From the NCBI GenBank assembly GCA_963726195.1, contig CAVSBO010000003.1, forward strand, positions 608,001 through 672,000: a DNA stretch of 64,000 bases. Reading direction: 5' to 3'. Made by a program: the position numbers and the translations under genes. Source of the stretch: Candidatus Thorarchaeota archaeon. Its GTDB lineage: Archaea > Asgardarchaeota > Thorarchaeia > Thorarchaeales > Thorarchaeaceae. The notes below the pieces were generated by a model. The model saw only the letters and a program-made list of their open reading frames with translations, had not been told where the DNA came from and did no database searches. Every line of letters starts with the position of its first letter. Positions within the stretch are counted from its first letter, which is position 1. Of this stretch, positions 43,893 through 54,954 are shown piece by piece.

Positions 43893-45224
43893 ATGGTCAA
43901 GGTAATCCCGTTTCGGGCCTACAGATATGACAAGGCCAAGGTTAACGACCTCTCAAAGGTCGTGGCACCTCCATACGATGTAATCAAGGACAAGATGGTC
44001 GACACGCTTCAGTCGGTGTCCCCTTACAACATGGCTTGGATATCCAAGAACAAGCCGACCGGGACTGACAACGACTCGAACAACCAGTACACCAGAGCGA
44101 GAGACATCTGGAAAAAGTGGTTGAAAGAGGGCGCGGTGAAGCAGGATGCGAAGGAGTGCTTCTACGTCTACGGCCACGACTTCGAGGCCGCGGGCAAGAA
44201 GCTATTCAGGTTTGGGTTCATCGGTCTTCTAGAGCTTGAGGACTTTGCGACAAAGCCGCCAGCAAAGGGACCATTTGCGGGCGTGCTTCAGCACGAGGAG
44301 ACATTGCCCAAGGACATAATGGACCGTCTCAACCTTTGCAGGCAAACGATGACGCAGTTCGGGCTGATATTCGTGATCTATCCCGATCCAAAGCGGGAGG
44401 TCGATGCTGTGCTGGAACGTTACATCAAGAATGCACCACTGCTCGATGTGACCGATATGGAAGGTGTTCGACACAGGTTATGGGCAGTTGATAACCCTGC
44501 AGATACAAAGAGAATCTCCGAACTCATGAAGGATAAGTATGTTATCATAGCAGACGGTCATCACAGATACAAGACAGCACTCGCGCTGTCGAAAGAGAAT
44601 CCCAGCGTTCCGGCTGCAAAATACAGGATGCTCACATTTGTCAACATGGCCAATCCGGGTCTCGTGATTCTGCCAACACACAGGCTAGTCCAGAGTCTTG
44701 AGAACTTCTCTAAGCAGAAGCTCCTCGATGGTGCCAAGCAGGGCTTCGAGGTCAAGGACTTCAAGACAAAAGAAGAGATGTTTGCCGTCATGAGAAAGCA
44801 GAGCGATGCAAAGCGTCATGCCTTCGGTCTGTTCATAAACGACGGAAAGTTCTACGTGCTTACACTCAAAGACTTGTCTCTCATGGACAAGGTCGTCCCA
44901 GACAAGTCGCCGCAGTGGAGGAGTCTTGATGTCGCGATACTTCATTCGCTTATCCTCGACAAGGTTCTTGGCATCGGCAAGGAGAAGCTCGCCCAAGGTA
45001 CCATGAAAGGTGAGGGCTATGTCATCTACATCAAGGATGTCGGAGACGCAGTTGACGAGGCGATCAAGTCAGTGAAGGAGAAGGCTCAGGCAGTGTTCTT
45101 CATGAATCCGCCAAAAGTTGAGGAGGTCGAAGCGGTCTCTAGGAACTTCGAAATCATGCCACAGAAGAGCACCTTCTTTGCACCGAAGCTTTTCGACGGC
45201 TTGACAATGAACAAGCTTGCGTGA
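43893..45224 (+). CDS. DUF1015 family protein
   Basis: PFRAYRY, APPYDVI, HEETLP, IADGHHRY, ILPTHR and MPQKSTFFAPK. Confidence 0.9.
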   Translation: MVKVIPFRAYRYDKAKVNDLSKVVAPPYDVIKDKMVDTLQSVSPYNMAWISKNKPTGTDNDSNNQYTRARDIWKKWLKEGAVKQDAKECFYVYGHDFEAAGKKLFRFGFIGLLELEDFATKPPAKGPFAGVLQHEETLPKDIMDRLNLCRQTMTQFGLIFVIYPDPKREVDAVLERYIKNAPLLDVTDMEGVRHRLWAVDNPADTKRISELMKDKYVIIADGHHRYKTALALSKENPSVPAAKYRMLTFVNMANPGLVILPTHRLVQSLENFSKQKLLDGAKQGFEVKDFKTKEEMFAVMRKQSDAKRHAFGLFINDGKFYVLTLKDLSLMDKVVPDKSPQWRSLDVAILHSLILDKVLGIGKEKLAQGTMKGEGYVIYIKDVGDAVDEAIKSVKEKAQAVFFMNPPKVEEVEAVSRNFEIMPQKSTFFAPKLFDGLTMNKLA

Positions 45225-45467
45225 GCACGTTGGCTTTGCCGCCAAGTCCTTTGCTCTTCCAAGACGACAGGCGATGCCTATGGACTTCGAGAGGCAGATG
45301 ACCCTGATTCATTTCTCCACTGGGTAGTGATTTTCTTTGGTCTGAGTGCCCAGACATCAGACCCCCGAGCATCTTATATCGGTCCTATTAGGGACCATGC
45401 TCAGGTACTAAGCATCCAAATCAGCAGCTTGCTGTGGATTTGCGTAGAACAAACCTAGGTGATAAGA

Positions 45468-46553
45468 ATGGGAAAGAGAGTGTATAACTTCAATGCTGGT
45501 CCTGCAGGATTGCCCCTGCCTGTTTTGGAAAAGGTCAAGGACGAGTTGCTCGACTATGCAGGAACTGGCATGTCTGTCTTGGAGATATCTCACCGCTCCA
45601 AGGAATACGAGAAGATCAATCAAGACTCCATTGACCTGCTACGCGCTGCCATGGGTCTGCCAAGCGACTACAAGGTACTCTGGCTGGGAGGTGGCGCTTC
45701 GTCGCAGTTCTTCATGGTTCCGCTCAACCTTCAGCTTCCGGGAAAGCCAATGGAGTACGCTGTCACAGGTGCGTGGGCTCAGAAAGCAATAGCTGAAGCA
45801 AAGTTCTATGGCGACGCAAAAGCTGTAGTCACTACAGAAGACAAGAAGTTCTCCTACATTCCGAAGAACGTCGCCTTCTCAGCTAATGCAGCGTTTGCTC
45901 ACATGACCATGAACGAGACAATCCACGGAGTGGAGTGGTCCTACATACCACAGGTACCGAAAGAGGTTCCGCTCGTCTGTGACATGTCATCTGATTTCTT
46001 GTCACGCGTGATCGACCCCAAGAAGTTTGGTGTAATCTACGCGGGCGCACAGAAGAACGTCGGACCTGCTGGCGTATGTGCGGTGATTGTCAGAGAAGAC
46101 CTCTTGAATCGAGTTCCTGAAAAGACGCCCTCGATGCTCAAGTGGAGCACACACGCAAAGGAGAACTCCCTGTACAATACTCCACCAGTGTTTGCAGTGT
46201 ACATTTGCAAACTCTGGTTGGAATACATGAAACAGATTGGAGGCATCCCTGCAATCGAGAAGATGAACGCCGAGAAGGCCAAGATCATCTACGACGTGAT
46301 TGACAAGTCCAAGGGCTTCTACAAAGGTCATGCGCAGCCAGATTCGAGAAGCCGCATGAACCTAACCTTCAGACTAGCGAATGAGCAGCTTGAGGACAAG
46401 TGCGCTAATGAGGCGACAGCCAAGGGCCTGATTGGACTCAAGGGACATCGGTCAGTTGGAGGCATGCGTGCATCTCTGTACAACGCTGTGACAATCGAGG
46501 GAACGAAAGCTCTCGCAGAATTCCTCAAGGATTTCCAAGCTAAGAATCAATAG
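45468..46553 (+). CDS. serC: Phosphoserine aminotransferase
   Basis: NFNAGPA, SHRS, NETIHG, DMSS, YAGAQKN, NTPP and GHRSVGGMRAS. Confidence 0.96.
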   Translation: MGKRVYNFNAGPAGLPLPVLEKVKDELLDYAGTGMSVLEISHRSKEYEKINQDSIDLLRAAMGLPSDYKVLWLGGGASSQFFMVPLNLQLPGKPMEYAVTGAWAQKAIAEAKFYGDAKAVVTTEDKKFSYIPKNVAFSANAAFAHMTMNETIHGVEWSYIPQVPKEVPLVCDMSSDFLSRVIDPKKFGVIYAGAQKNVGPAGVCAVIVREDLLNRVPEKTPSMLKWSTHAKENSLYNTPPVFAVYICKLWLEYMKQIGGIPAIEKMNAEKAKIIYDVIDKSKGFYKGHAQPDSRSRMNLTFRLANEQLEDKCANEATAKGLIGLKGHRSVGGMRASLYNAVTIEGTKALAEFLKDFQAKNQ

Positions 46554-46565
46554 TGTACAACTGGC

Positions 46566-46610
46566 AGTAGGAGCTGACCTCGGGTCTCTCCTACTACCTG
46601 TCTTCTTCTG
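46566..46610 (+). terminator. Hairpin terminator after serC
   Basis: AGTAGGAG...CTCCTACT outer stem with GACC/GGTC inner stem, followed by TCTTCTTCT. Confidence 0.55.
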
Positions 46611-46685
46611 TGCTTAGAACCAAGACTATAACGTAGTGTCCGAGATTATGGTGTTGGATTTGGAATGATGGCCCAATCCGTCCCA

Positions 46686-47051
46686 TTAGCTGGACTTGCG
46701 CTTGCTTGAGAATACGGAAACAGCGTTTTCAAGCAGCCTCTTCATGTCATCAACTGCTGAACCATCGATGACTCCTTTGTAGGTGCGTCTCATGAGAGAG
46801 CCGCTAGCTTTCACGCCCACGTTTCTCATGCCGTGACTCTGGAAAAAGCCTTTCAGCGCCGATACAATGGGTATTAGAACTCCACCCGGCAGCCTACTTG
46901 CCACCAACTCTTTGCAGCACTGACAATCCAAAACCACGACTGTGTTCGCTTCATCCACAAGGACTTGCACAGGTATCCGGATGTCGGATTGTTTGCTCGA
47001 TCGGGCAGTCCCATTGTTTAAGCGGAGTGCGAAGCTGGCAACCTGTTTCAT
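46686..47051 (-). CDS. Hypothetical protein
   Basis: 121-aa ORF containing a CQCC cluster. Confidence 0.5.
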   Translation of the reverse strand: MKQVASFALRLNNGTARSSKQSDIRIPVQVLVDEANTVVVLDCQCCKELVASRLPGGVLIPIVSALKGFFQSHGMRNVGVKASGSLMRRTYKGVIDGSAVDDMKRLLENAVSVFSSKRKSS

Positions 47052-47164
47052 GTCTTAGCCCTTCGTCAGGCTCGACTTCTTGTCTTGGTTTTGGCGTCTA
47101 GGCGGGCAGCGCTCGTTGGCCACCCGCCCGCCAAGGTGAACTAAGGCCAAATCAACCTGCCTGT

Positions 47165-49808
47165 TTAGGCTGGCGCTCCGGACGCCCTTTCTTCGCCAGA
47201 ACTGATGGGACTGGCACTGGGCTGTCGCTTCGAACGCCTTCTCATCGCCAGAACCGCTGCGATTAGCACAAGGACCACTATAATCCCGACGAAAATCGCA
47301 ATTCTGAAAATGTCAGGACCGGGTTGCGTGGTCGTTGTATTGGTCGTTGACGATTGAACCTTGTACCAGTACTCAGGTGAAACGGCCCAGTTATTGAGCG
47401 TGTCATTCGCGAGAATCCTGTAGGTTACATTGGTGTCAGCTGGAAACGAAGGAATCGTCCCAATATAGAATGAACCCGCAAGGGACATTGTCATATTGGT
47501 CCACTTGAGACCATCGTAGAACCGGAGGGTCACTTTGCTAACACCCGAAGCGTCAGTGACAGTCACGTTCACAGTCACAGTGTCTGCAGATGTAGGCGCG
47601 GATGGCTTGACGTGCGGAACTCCAATTGAGGGCGGTGTCAAAGCGTAGGTCACTGCCGCTGAAGCGTTCAGCTTGCCAAAGCCCCACTTCTCGTTCGGCA
47701 CAGCTCCCGTGAATGCATCGACTCGAGCACTCATCTCAACAATGGTTGAGACCTGGCTTCCTGCAGATGGCTTAGCCTGAAGGATTAGAGCAGCACATCC
47801 CGCGACGTGGGGTCCTGCAGCGCTCGTTCCACTGAAGAGACGATATCCACCAAACGCAGGATTCAGGCTAAGGACACCGTTGGCATTGAACCATGCTTCC
47901 CAAGTGGAGGCGTTAGTGTAGTCTGATATGATGTCCATTCCGCCAGGCGCGGCAATGCTTTGCTTAATGACACTATCAATCCTTGGACCAATGCCAGAGT
48001 AGGAAGCAATGTCACCAATAGTACCTCCCAACAAGTTACGAGTGTGGTAAGATGCCACACTGATTGCTGAGTCTGCAGTCGACGGCCAAGTTATCTCATA
48101 TTCATTAGAGTGATCCGTCATCCAAGTGACGCCGCCGCTCCAGCTACTCTGGTCGTCAGCTATGAAGCATTGGAAAGTGGACGTGACCGGCGGAGTGATA
48201 GCCAACTGATGGAACGGAGGGACTCCAGCGGTAGTTGGTATGGGTTTCGTTGTTGTCCAGATGTGGACCCCAAGCATTCTCGTTGACCGAGCAGATGTTG
48301 ATATGAAAGACTCAACCCAGAGAGTTCCTCCGTCGACAGCGAACCCCTGCACGACGAAATTCTTGTATCCATTTCCGGGAGTGAGAGGGAATTGAAGAGG
48401 AGGCCCTACGATTCCCCACGCAGCGAAATTCATGACCAGCACGAAGCTGCACTGTGAGAAGTTCGTATTGTCACGACACAAAACAGTAATCCAGATGTTC
48501 CAATACTCAGGTGCCGGAAGACCGGGCACGTCGAAGTCCACTGCATGCTGATTGCCGCCAATGGTTGTGAACTTCGCATGCTTATCGGTGCCACCCAAGT
48601 TGCCGCTAGGGACTATGACAGGGATTCCGCCGCTTGTTATCGTGTCAATCATCGTCTCCGCTGCAGAGCAACTCCCGCTGCCGTCAAGGTAGTGATATAT
48701 CCAAGAACCGATTTCAATCAGAATCACGTCGGCTCCATGATTGACGGCCCAAGTAAGACCCTCCTCTATCGTGAATGTTGTGTTTGTGGCGCCCAAGACC
48801 TTTATCATCATGAGCTCTGCGCCCGGAGCAACGCCTACGTAGGTCCTGTATCCAATCTGACCGCCGAGCAAGATACCTGACACAGCGGTGCCGTGACCAT
48901 CGGTGTCTTCATGTGTGCTTACCGTCAGGTTGATTCCTCTCACCCAGACTTTGATACTGCGCGCCGGGGTGCCATCTCTCTCGGCGATGTATTTCGTCTT
49001 TGGTGTGCTGAGCATCACAAGCGTCTCGCCAACATCGAGTTTGCCGTTATGATTCGCGTCGTTAACGACAAAGAACGGTTCGCCTATTTGGGGAATCCCA
49101 TCCTGCGAGATATTCTCCGCCCATATCCAGTCAATTGATGCATTGAAGACACCGTCATGCCCAAGGTCGATGAACCTGAGAGTCTCGTTGGCGGAACCTA
49201 CGCCATTTCGATTCAGGTCAATGAAGTCAGTGCCATTGGTTGGCTTTCCATCGCCATTCTGATCAATCCAGTTGTAGGTGCCCCCGTCTGCAAACCACAA
49301 GTCGGGGTGTTTCCAGTCCACTCCCGTGTCCAAGTCTGCGATCAGAACGCCCTTACCAGTAATGTTGCGACCAAGCCCGTCTAAGGTCTTCCAGACATCA
49401 TCGGCCCCGATCTCAGGAATCGAGAACATCCCTGGGAGAGGTGAGCGAGTCTGAAGAAGTCTGGACAGCAGCGTAGGTGAAGAGACCTTCGACTGCCAAT
49501 CTCGCAAGACTCTTGGCATCGCCCCTTAGAAGATAGAGGTCACCAACGGAACTCTGACTAGGATCTCCAAAACTGAAGTGTACACCCAGGGACTGGAGCT
49601 TAGAAACCACATCCGCAGAAAGCGGTGACGAGAATCTTACAACCACGGGTATCTCACTGCCGTACGTCTTGGCCAACGCCTCAAAGTCCGGCATAGATGC
49701 CTTCTCCGGGCCAGGTGCTGTAACAGACGAGCGAGGCAGAAAAAGAACAGGTACTATAGGTATCAAGAAAAGAATCACAATTAGCGTGCTCATTACTTTC
49801 TTCTGCAA
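47165..49808 (-). CDS. Membrane-anchored S8 protease with Dx[DN]xDG-loop insert; frameshift near 49425
   Basis: Signal peptide and propeptide in ORF 49413-49913; ADLDTG, GHGTAVS, PSGNLG and SGTSAAGPHVAG; C-terminal TM plus RRRSKR. Confidence 0.88.
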
Positions 49809-49934
49809 AAAGGCCGCCTCCTCATTGAGAGGTCCACTCGATAACCAACACAGACTCAGTTGTCTGCAGATGCTGTGGCTATCTTTCCCACATATTAATT
49901 GTGCGACGACCAACAGTCCGCCGGTTGTCTGTCC

Positions 49935-50373
49935 TTACTTGACTATCAGCACAGCACACCCAGCCTTGTGAACTACCAAGTCGGTTGTGCCGCCGATGTG
50001 GGTCCTGTCTTCGCGCCCAAGACCTTGAGAGCCTATGACTATGATGTCTGCCTTTCTCTCCTTTGCAACGTGGACGATTTTGTCAGACGGTTCGCCTCTC
50101 TCCAGTATCAGCTCAATTTGCAGCTTGTAGCCAGAGGCTGCAGACTTGTAGCCCTCAAGCAACTTGTTACCGCTAGTGACGTATTGCTGGAGAGCGGACA
50201 GCAAGTCGGAACCCGATGATTTGGCGACCTGCTGAACTGTGCCAAGGTCAACTACATGAACTATGAGCAGCTTGGCCTTGGTCATCTCTGCAAGCTCAAA
50301 GGCCACTGTGGCTGCTCTGGCGGCGTTTCTGCTGCCATCGACGGGGAGGACGATGGTCTTTATGGTACTGATG
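49935..50373 (-). CDS. Universal stress protein (UspA family)
   Basis: The frame extends upstream of the called start to include KTIVLPVDGS. GEPSDKIV, ADIIVIGSQG and GGTTDLVVHKAGCAVLIVK are present. Start codon unclear. Confidence 0.9.
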
Positions 50374-50588
50374 AGCTGCCCGGCTCCCGGTACAGAATGT
50401 CTTGCATAACCGACTTACATTCGTATTATGTCCTCAAATATCTTGCCTTTCTTAGAAACCATGATTGTCGGCATGAGGACGGGCGATGCGACAATCTGAG
50501 GAAGTGGTCCTACAGCTGATTGTGGAGAAAAGCAAGGCACCCACTCGTCGACGCATTTCCGAAGCTTTAACTGGCGAGACCAATCCAA

Positions 50589-52085
50589 ATGGAAGTCAGT
50601 GATTCCCAGGGGACGTATTTCTTGACGAATGTTGACCTGATTGATTATCATGAGAAGAAGGAATACCCGAGTCATAAGAAAGCAATAGCTGCTATTCTTG
50701 TTGTCTTCGGTGTATTCGTTACTATCGGAGTGTATTCGGTACTGCAACTTTGGGAGCAATATGGCAGCCAAATTCTGCCTTTCATTCAGGGTCTCCCTTT
50801 GCCGAGCATCCTAACTGCTAACCGCTACAGCATAGCGTTGATACTCGGTGGCCTGATTCTTCTCAGCGTGCTGGTTGCTATGGGTGCATCAGCTCTGGCC
50901 AAGAAGCTGGGAGGAACCCTCATCTACGTTGGTGCATTATTCATGAACCTGATGACATGGGCGGTGGTCATCATCGCCGTGGTGATGGGGGATGTTCCGC
51001 TGAGCGCCCTCGCCGAGAACTGGCCCATCATGATACCGGGATTCTTCACTCTCTTCATAACTATCTTGCTGTTCACTGTCTTCAGAGACAGAATCCGGCG
51101 AGCTGGACAACTCATCAAGCTGACCGGGAAGGTTTGCCTTGATGAAAAGGGAGTGTTCGTTCCACCGCTGTTTACGATGGTGTTCACTCTTGTCTCAGCA
51201 GTGCTATTCGGAGCAATCGTTTTTGAGTTCACGCCGATTGATGTGATATTGGGCAACCAAGCTTGGTCCGTGGACTCGGCGGCATCCGTTGGTATACCCC
51301 TGCTCCTGTACCTGTTCACAACCATCTTCTTCTACAACCTTGCTTACGGGGCTAGCTCGGGAATGGTGTATATCTACATGAGAGGGAGAGACCCAACTCT
51401 CGGCGATGGAGTGAAAGCATCTCTTGGTGTTGTCGCTGGTCTGGCGGCGTTGGCTGTGATGAGCGTCATTATAGTGCTCGTCAGAATTGCCCTTCAGCGC
51501 GGCGGACGTCAGGTTGGAGGAGCAGGAGGAGAAGCCGTTGGCAGGGTCGCAGGAGGTGTCATTGGCTGGATATGGGCACTTGTGAACTTCTTTACAATTC
51601 CTGCCATGGTTGCTGAGGGAGTCGGTGCGAAGGCGGGAATCAAGAGGAGTGCAGGTCTTGTCAGAAAGAACTTTGTTGACGTGATGATCAAACAAAGCGC
51701 AGTGCGCTGGGCCTTCGGTGTACTCGCACTGATTTTCTTCATCGCCTTTGCAGTTGGCGGTGCAGCCATCGGATGGGTTCTGTCGGGTGGCGACATCGTG
51801 AATACGCTGATATTCGCGGTCGTATTCATCGTGCTCGCTGCGATTCCGTGCACACTCGTGTTGCGCACATTCGACATCGTCTATGTAACCCTCCTCTACG
51901 TTTTCATTCGGCGGCAAGAAGGGGAGATTACTGGCAACACGGCACTTTCAGCCGATATGAGCAGAGAACTTGAGTCGTCATACAACGCTGCTAGACGTGG
52001 CGGCAGGCTAGAGAAAGTCCTGTGGGCGATGGCCTCAGACCATCGCCCCATCTTTTCATCATTAATCATCGTCCTAAGAGTATAA
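50589..52085 (+). CDS. Choline transporter-like (CTL/SLC44/Pns1) membrane protein
   Basis: About 10 TM; 'FRDRIRRAGQLIKLTGKV...FVPP' segment typical of CTL proteins; 'FFTIPAMVAEG' and 'FDIVYVTLLY'. The true stop is probably near 52011. Confidence 0.65.
   Translation: MEVSDSQGTYFLTNVDLIDYHEKKEYPSHKKAIAAILVVFGVFVTIGVYSVLQLWEQYGSQILPFIQGLPLPSILTANRYSIALILGGLILLSVLVAMGASALAKKLGGTLIYVGALFMNLMTWAVVIIAVVMGDVPLSALAENWPIMIPGFFTLFITILLFTVFRDRIRRAGQLIKLTGKVCLDEKGVFVPPLFTMVFTLVSAVLFGAIVFEFTPIDVILGNQAWSVDSAASVGIPLLLYLFTTIFFYNLAYGASSGMVYIYMRGRDPTLGDGVKASLGVVAGLAALAVMSVIIVLVRIALQRGGRQVGGAGGEAVGRVAGGVIGWIWALVNFFTIPAMVAEGVGAKAGIKRSAGLVRKNFVDVMIKQSAVRWAFGVLALIFFIAFAVGGAAIGWVLSGGDIVNTLIFAVVFIVLAAIPCTLVLRTFDIVYVTLLYVFIRRQEGEITGNTALSADMSRELESSYNAARRGGRLEKVLWAMASDHRPIFSSLIIVLRV
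52024..52057 (+). terminator. Hairpin terminator after the CTL-like gene
   Basis: GGGCGATGG-cctcaga-CCATCGCCC perfect 9-bp stem followed by CATCTTTTC. Confidence 0.55.
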
Positions 52086-52124
52086 AGCAGGGTAAGGTCA
52101 ACAAACGGAATCGAGGGAAAAACA

Positions 52125-53147
52125 TTGGAACCAAAGACAGCTGCTGCTAATGCCCTTGAGGCGGTGCTGGAAGCGAGAACAGGAGAATCTCTGTTAGTTG
52201 TAACAGATGATGTGAGAAGCGATGTTGGCAGAGCCTTCGCGCAAGGGGCGCTCGAGCTCGGTCTATGGACAAGAATGGTTGTGCTGCCTACTCAGGAGAA
52301 CACATTCAGATCGGCCATCCCTGAGCATCTCACAGAAATGATCAACTCAGCAAACCAGCCAGACATATTCGTCAACACGCTACGAGGGCCATCTCAGGAG
52401 ACCCCCTTCAGAATCAAGATTATCAACCTTGAAACAAGAAAGGGTCGTTCCAGATTGGGGCACTGCCCGGGTATCACAATGGACATGCTCACGGATGGAG
52501 CATTGGCAATGACCAAGGAGCAACATGCCAAGATGCAAGGAGAGGCCCGTAACCTCCTCGCTCTTCTACAGGATGTGGCCTCAGTTCGTGTGACTGCACC
52601 AGCCGGTTCGGATTTCACCCTCAGCGTGAAGGGTCGTACTTGGTTCTCGGATACGTATGTAGACTGGAAGACCATGAAATGGATGAACCTTCCCACGGGC
52701 GAAGTTCTAGTTGGTCCCGTGGAGACCGCAATGCAGGGAACGCTCGTCTGCGACCTAGCATATGGAGGAGGCGCTGGAGCGCTCAAGAAACCAGTCAGAA
52801 TCGAAGTGAAGAACGGACGCGTCATGAAACTCGACACTGACGACAAGGAAGTGCTCAAGGCGATAGAGCAGACACAAGCGACTGATGAGATGGCCAAGCA
52901 CGTAGGCGAATTCGCAATCGGTCTCAATCCAAAAGCGAGGATTGTGAAGGAGTTTCTTGAGTCAGAGAAGATTGGCAATGCGATCCATGTAGCGTTCGGT
53001 AACAACATGGACTATCCGGGTGTGGTGGCGAACAACTCTGCCACACATCAGGACTTCCTTGTTGGCAAGCCGACAGTGACTATCACTTATGCGGATAGCC
53101 GATCAAGAGTCGTAATGGAGAACGGTGCTCTTCGGACCAAAGAGTGA
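52125..53147 (+). CDS. Aminopeptidase, M29 thermophilic metalloprotease-like
   Basis: HCPGIT, NLPTGEV, GEFAIGLNP, ESEK...IHVAFGNN and HQD. Confidence 0.88.
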   Translation: MEPKTAAANALEAVLEARTGESLLVVTDDVRSDVGRAFAQGALELGLWTRMVVLPTQENTFRSAIPEHLTEMINSANQPDIFVNTLRGPSQETPFRIKIINLETRKGRSRLGHCPGITMDMLTDGALAMTKEQHAKMQGEARNLLALLQDVASVRVTAPAGSDFTLSVKGRTWFSDTYVDWKTMKWMNLPTGEVLVGPVETAMQGTLVCDLAYGGGAGALKKPVRIEVKNGRVMKLDTDDKEVLKAIEQTQATDEMAKHVGEFAIGLNPKARIVKEFLESEKIGNAIHVAFGNNMDYPGVVANNSATHQDFLVGKPTVTITYADSRSRVVMENGALRTKE

Positions 53148-53161
53148 ACGCAAGCCCAAGC

Positions 53162-53416
53162 CTAGAAGAATGTGCCGCCGCTTGTATTTCTTGGGGACAT
53201 GAAGTACCAAAGGATGTTCATTGAGAGTAGTACGATTACAAGACTCCAGAGAATAACAACCATTCCGCCTTCTCGACTGAATCTCCAAGAATAGATACCG
53301 ACTCCCGCAACCACTAGGCCCATGACGATACCTACCTGAGGCGCAAGTAGGGCAATCGGGAAAGCCACAGCACCGAGGATCAATCCATAAGCGAATATCT
53401 CGTTGTGCTTGGCCAT
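53162..53416 (-). CDS. Small membrane protein
   Basis: 84 aa with three hydrophobic segments. Confidence 0.65.
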   Translation of the reverse strand: MAKHNEIFAYGLILGAVAFPIALLAPQVGIVMGLVVAGVGIYSWRFSREGGMVVILWSLVIVLLSMNILWYFMSPRNTSGGTFF

Positions 53417-53571
53417 CAGCCCATCTCCAAGTGCGTTCTGATTGTCAGCTGTCTATTGCATATTCAAGTGACGAACTACCTATTACACTGTCGTATCGAA
53501 GCAGCAATCCAGATTAACAAGAACAACGGAAAGCTTCGCTCGATAGGACGGATCTGAAAAGGCAACCGCCT

Positions 53572-54859
53572 CTAGAGCCAATCAAAAGCCTCATTCCAAG
53601 TGATGCTGGACCCTGAGAATGGATTCAGGTAGAGGACCTTGAAGAAATCTGATACGAATCCTTTCTCCGCTGCCTTATTGAATGTCGGCATGACGAAGTC
53701 CGTCTTCCCAACGTGGTATGTGAACACGTATGGTGCCCAAATATTGACACGGCCATCGTCTGTCTTGGGCTTGAAGAAGTCGGTTGTCGCTCTGGCGGAG
53801 TCTGGCGGCCTCAAAGCTCTTTCTGCGATATACGGGGTCACCTCTTCGACTCCCATTCCTTTGTCATTCATCATGATTGCAGCGTTGATGGAGACCATTC
53901 GTCTCAGTGAACTTCAGCTCTTCGAATGCCCTTGCGGTCGGACTCTCGTCAGCTATTCTCAAGAACTCCTTTGCAGAATCAGCCGAACCTTCAGATATCA
54001 CACTGCGACCTGTGTGAAGTGGAACGACACTCAGCTCAAGATACCGATTCTTGAGGTAGGCGCGCTCACGAAATAGATTATTGACGTGGTGTTCGTATTC
54101 ATGATAGATCACCGATAGTGACACTTCGCGGTTCATTGGATGGTCGACGTTGAACTCATTCATCGACTTGAAATCGCCAAGATAGTAGTTGTAGCCGCCC
54201 CAGGGCTTGTTCGTTACAGCCTTGTAGCGCACTCCGTTGTCGCGTATGCGTCCTCCGATTTTGGAGAAGACTCTCTCTTTGAACAGGCGGCCGACCTCGG
54301 AAGCCTTGTCTTGAAGCTCGCCCTCAATCAGATTCCTCAGAGGCTCGCCTCTGAGCTCTCCGGTCGTCATGAAGCGGTCGGCTCTTTCCCTCAAGTCCGC
54401 TCCCGGAAAACCAATGAAGGCCTCATCGGCACGTTGAATCTGCCGGTCGATGACACTCTCAGGGTAGGCCTTCATGTCGATGTTGAAGAGGCGTTTGACG
54501 AGCTGACCGTAGGAGATGTCAGCACCGCTAAGCCACTCTACTAGCGTTTGCAGGGAGTGTATTTCGCCGAGCAGATACTCTGTCCTCAATTGGTTTCGAA
54601 TGGTGCCCTTGATGTTGTCAATCAGAGGACCAATATCCTCCAAGATTGACTCTGGTTCCGTACTCCCAGTCTGCTTTTCCGGGGCCAGACTAGAAGGACC
54701 GAAGTAGGCGTCGACAATGCTGACGCCAGTGAGCCTTTCGCTGAAGTTGCCTATTCTACCACATGTCCGTACGTACTGCTCGACTGTTTTCACGCTCGAT
54801 GCCTCACTTGATGGTGAAATGGCATACCAGGATGTAGTTGTTTTAGACGGCTCTGCCAT
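53572..54859 (-). CDS. Gluzincin-like (DUF885-related) metallopeptidase-fold protein; frameshift near 53905
   Basis: WGGYNYYLG, HExxH (YHEYEHH), downstream SEGSA, and 'YVFTYHVG' in the second ORF. Confidence 0.65.
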
Positions 54860-54954
54860 GGAGGGGAACCGGGAACGCCTGCTCGGTCATCCCTGTCAGA
54901 AATGTTAGTGGTAGCGTCTTGATTTGGTCTTTCTGGTTGTCCTTGGTTCTGTCT

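Noticed and set aside
47100-47135. GC-rich inverted repeat (GGCGGG...CCCGCC) as an ncRNA
   Set aside because: Short imperfect hairpin downstream of a gene; at most a terminator-like element.
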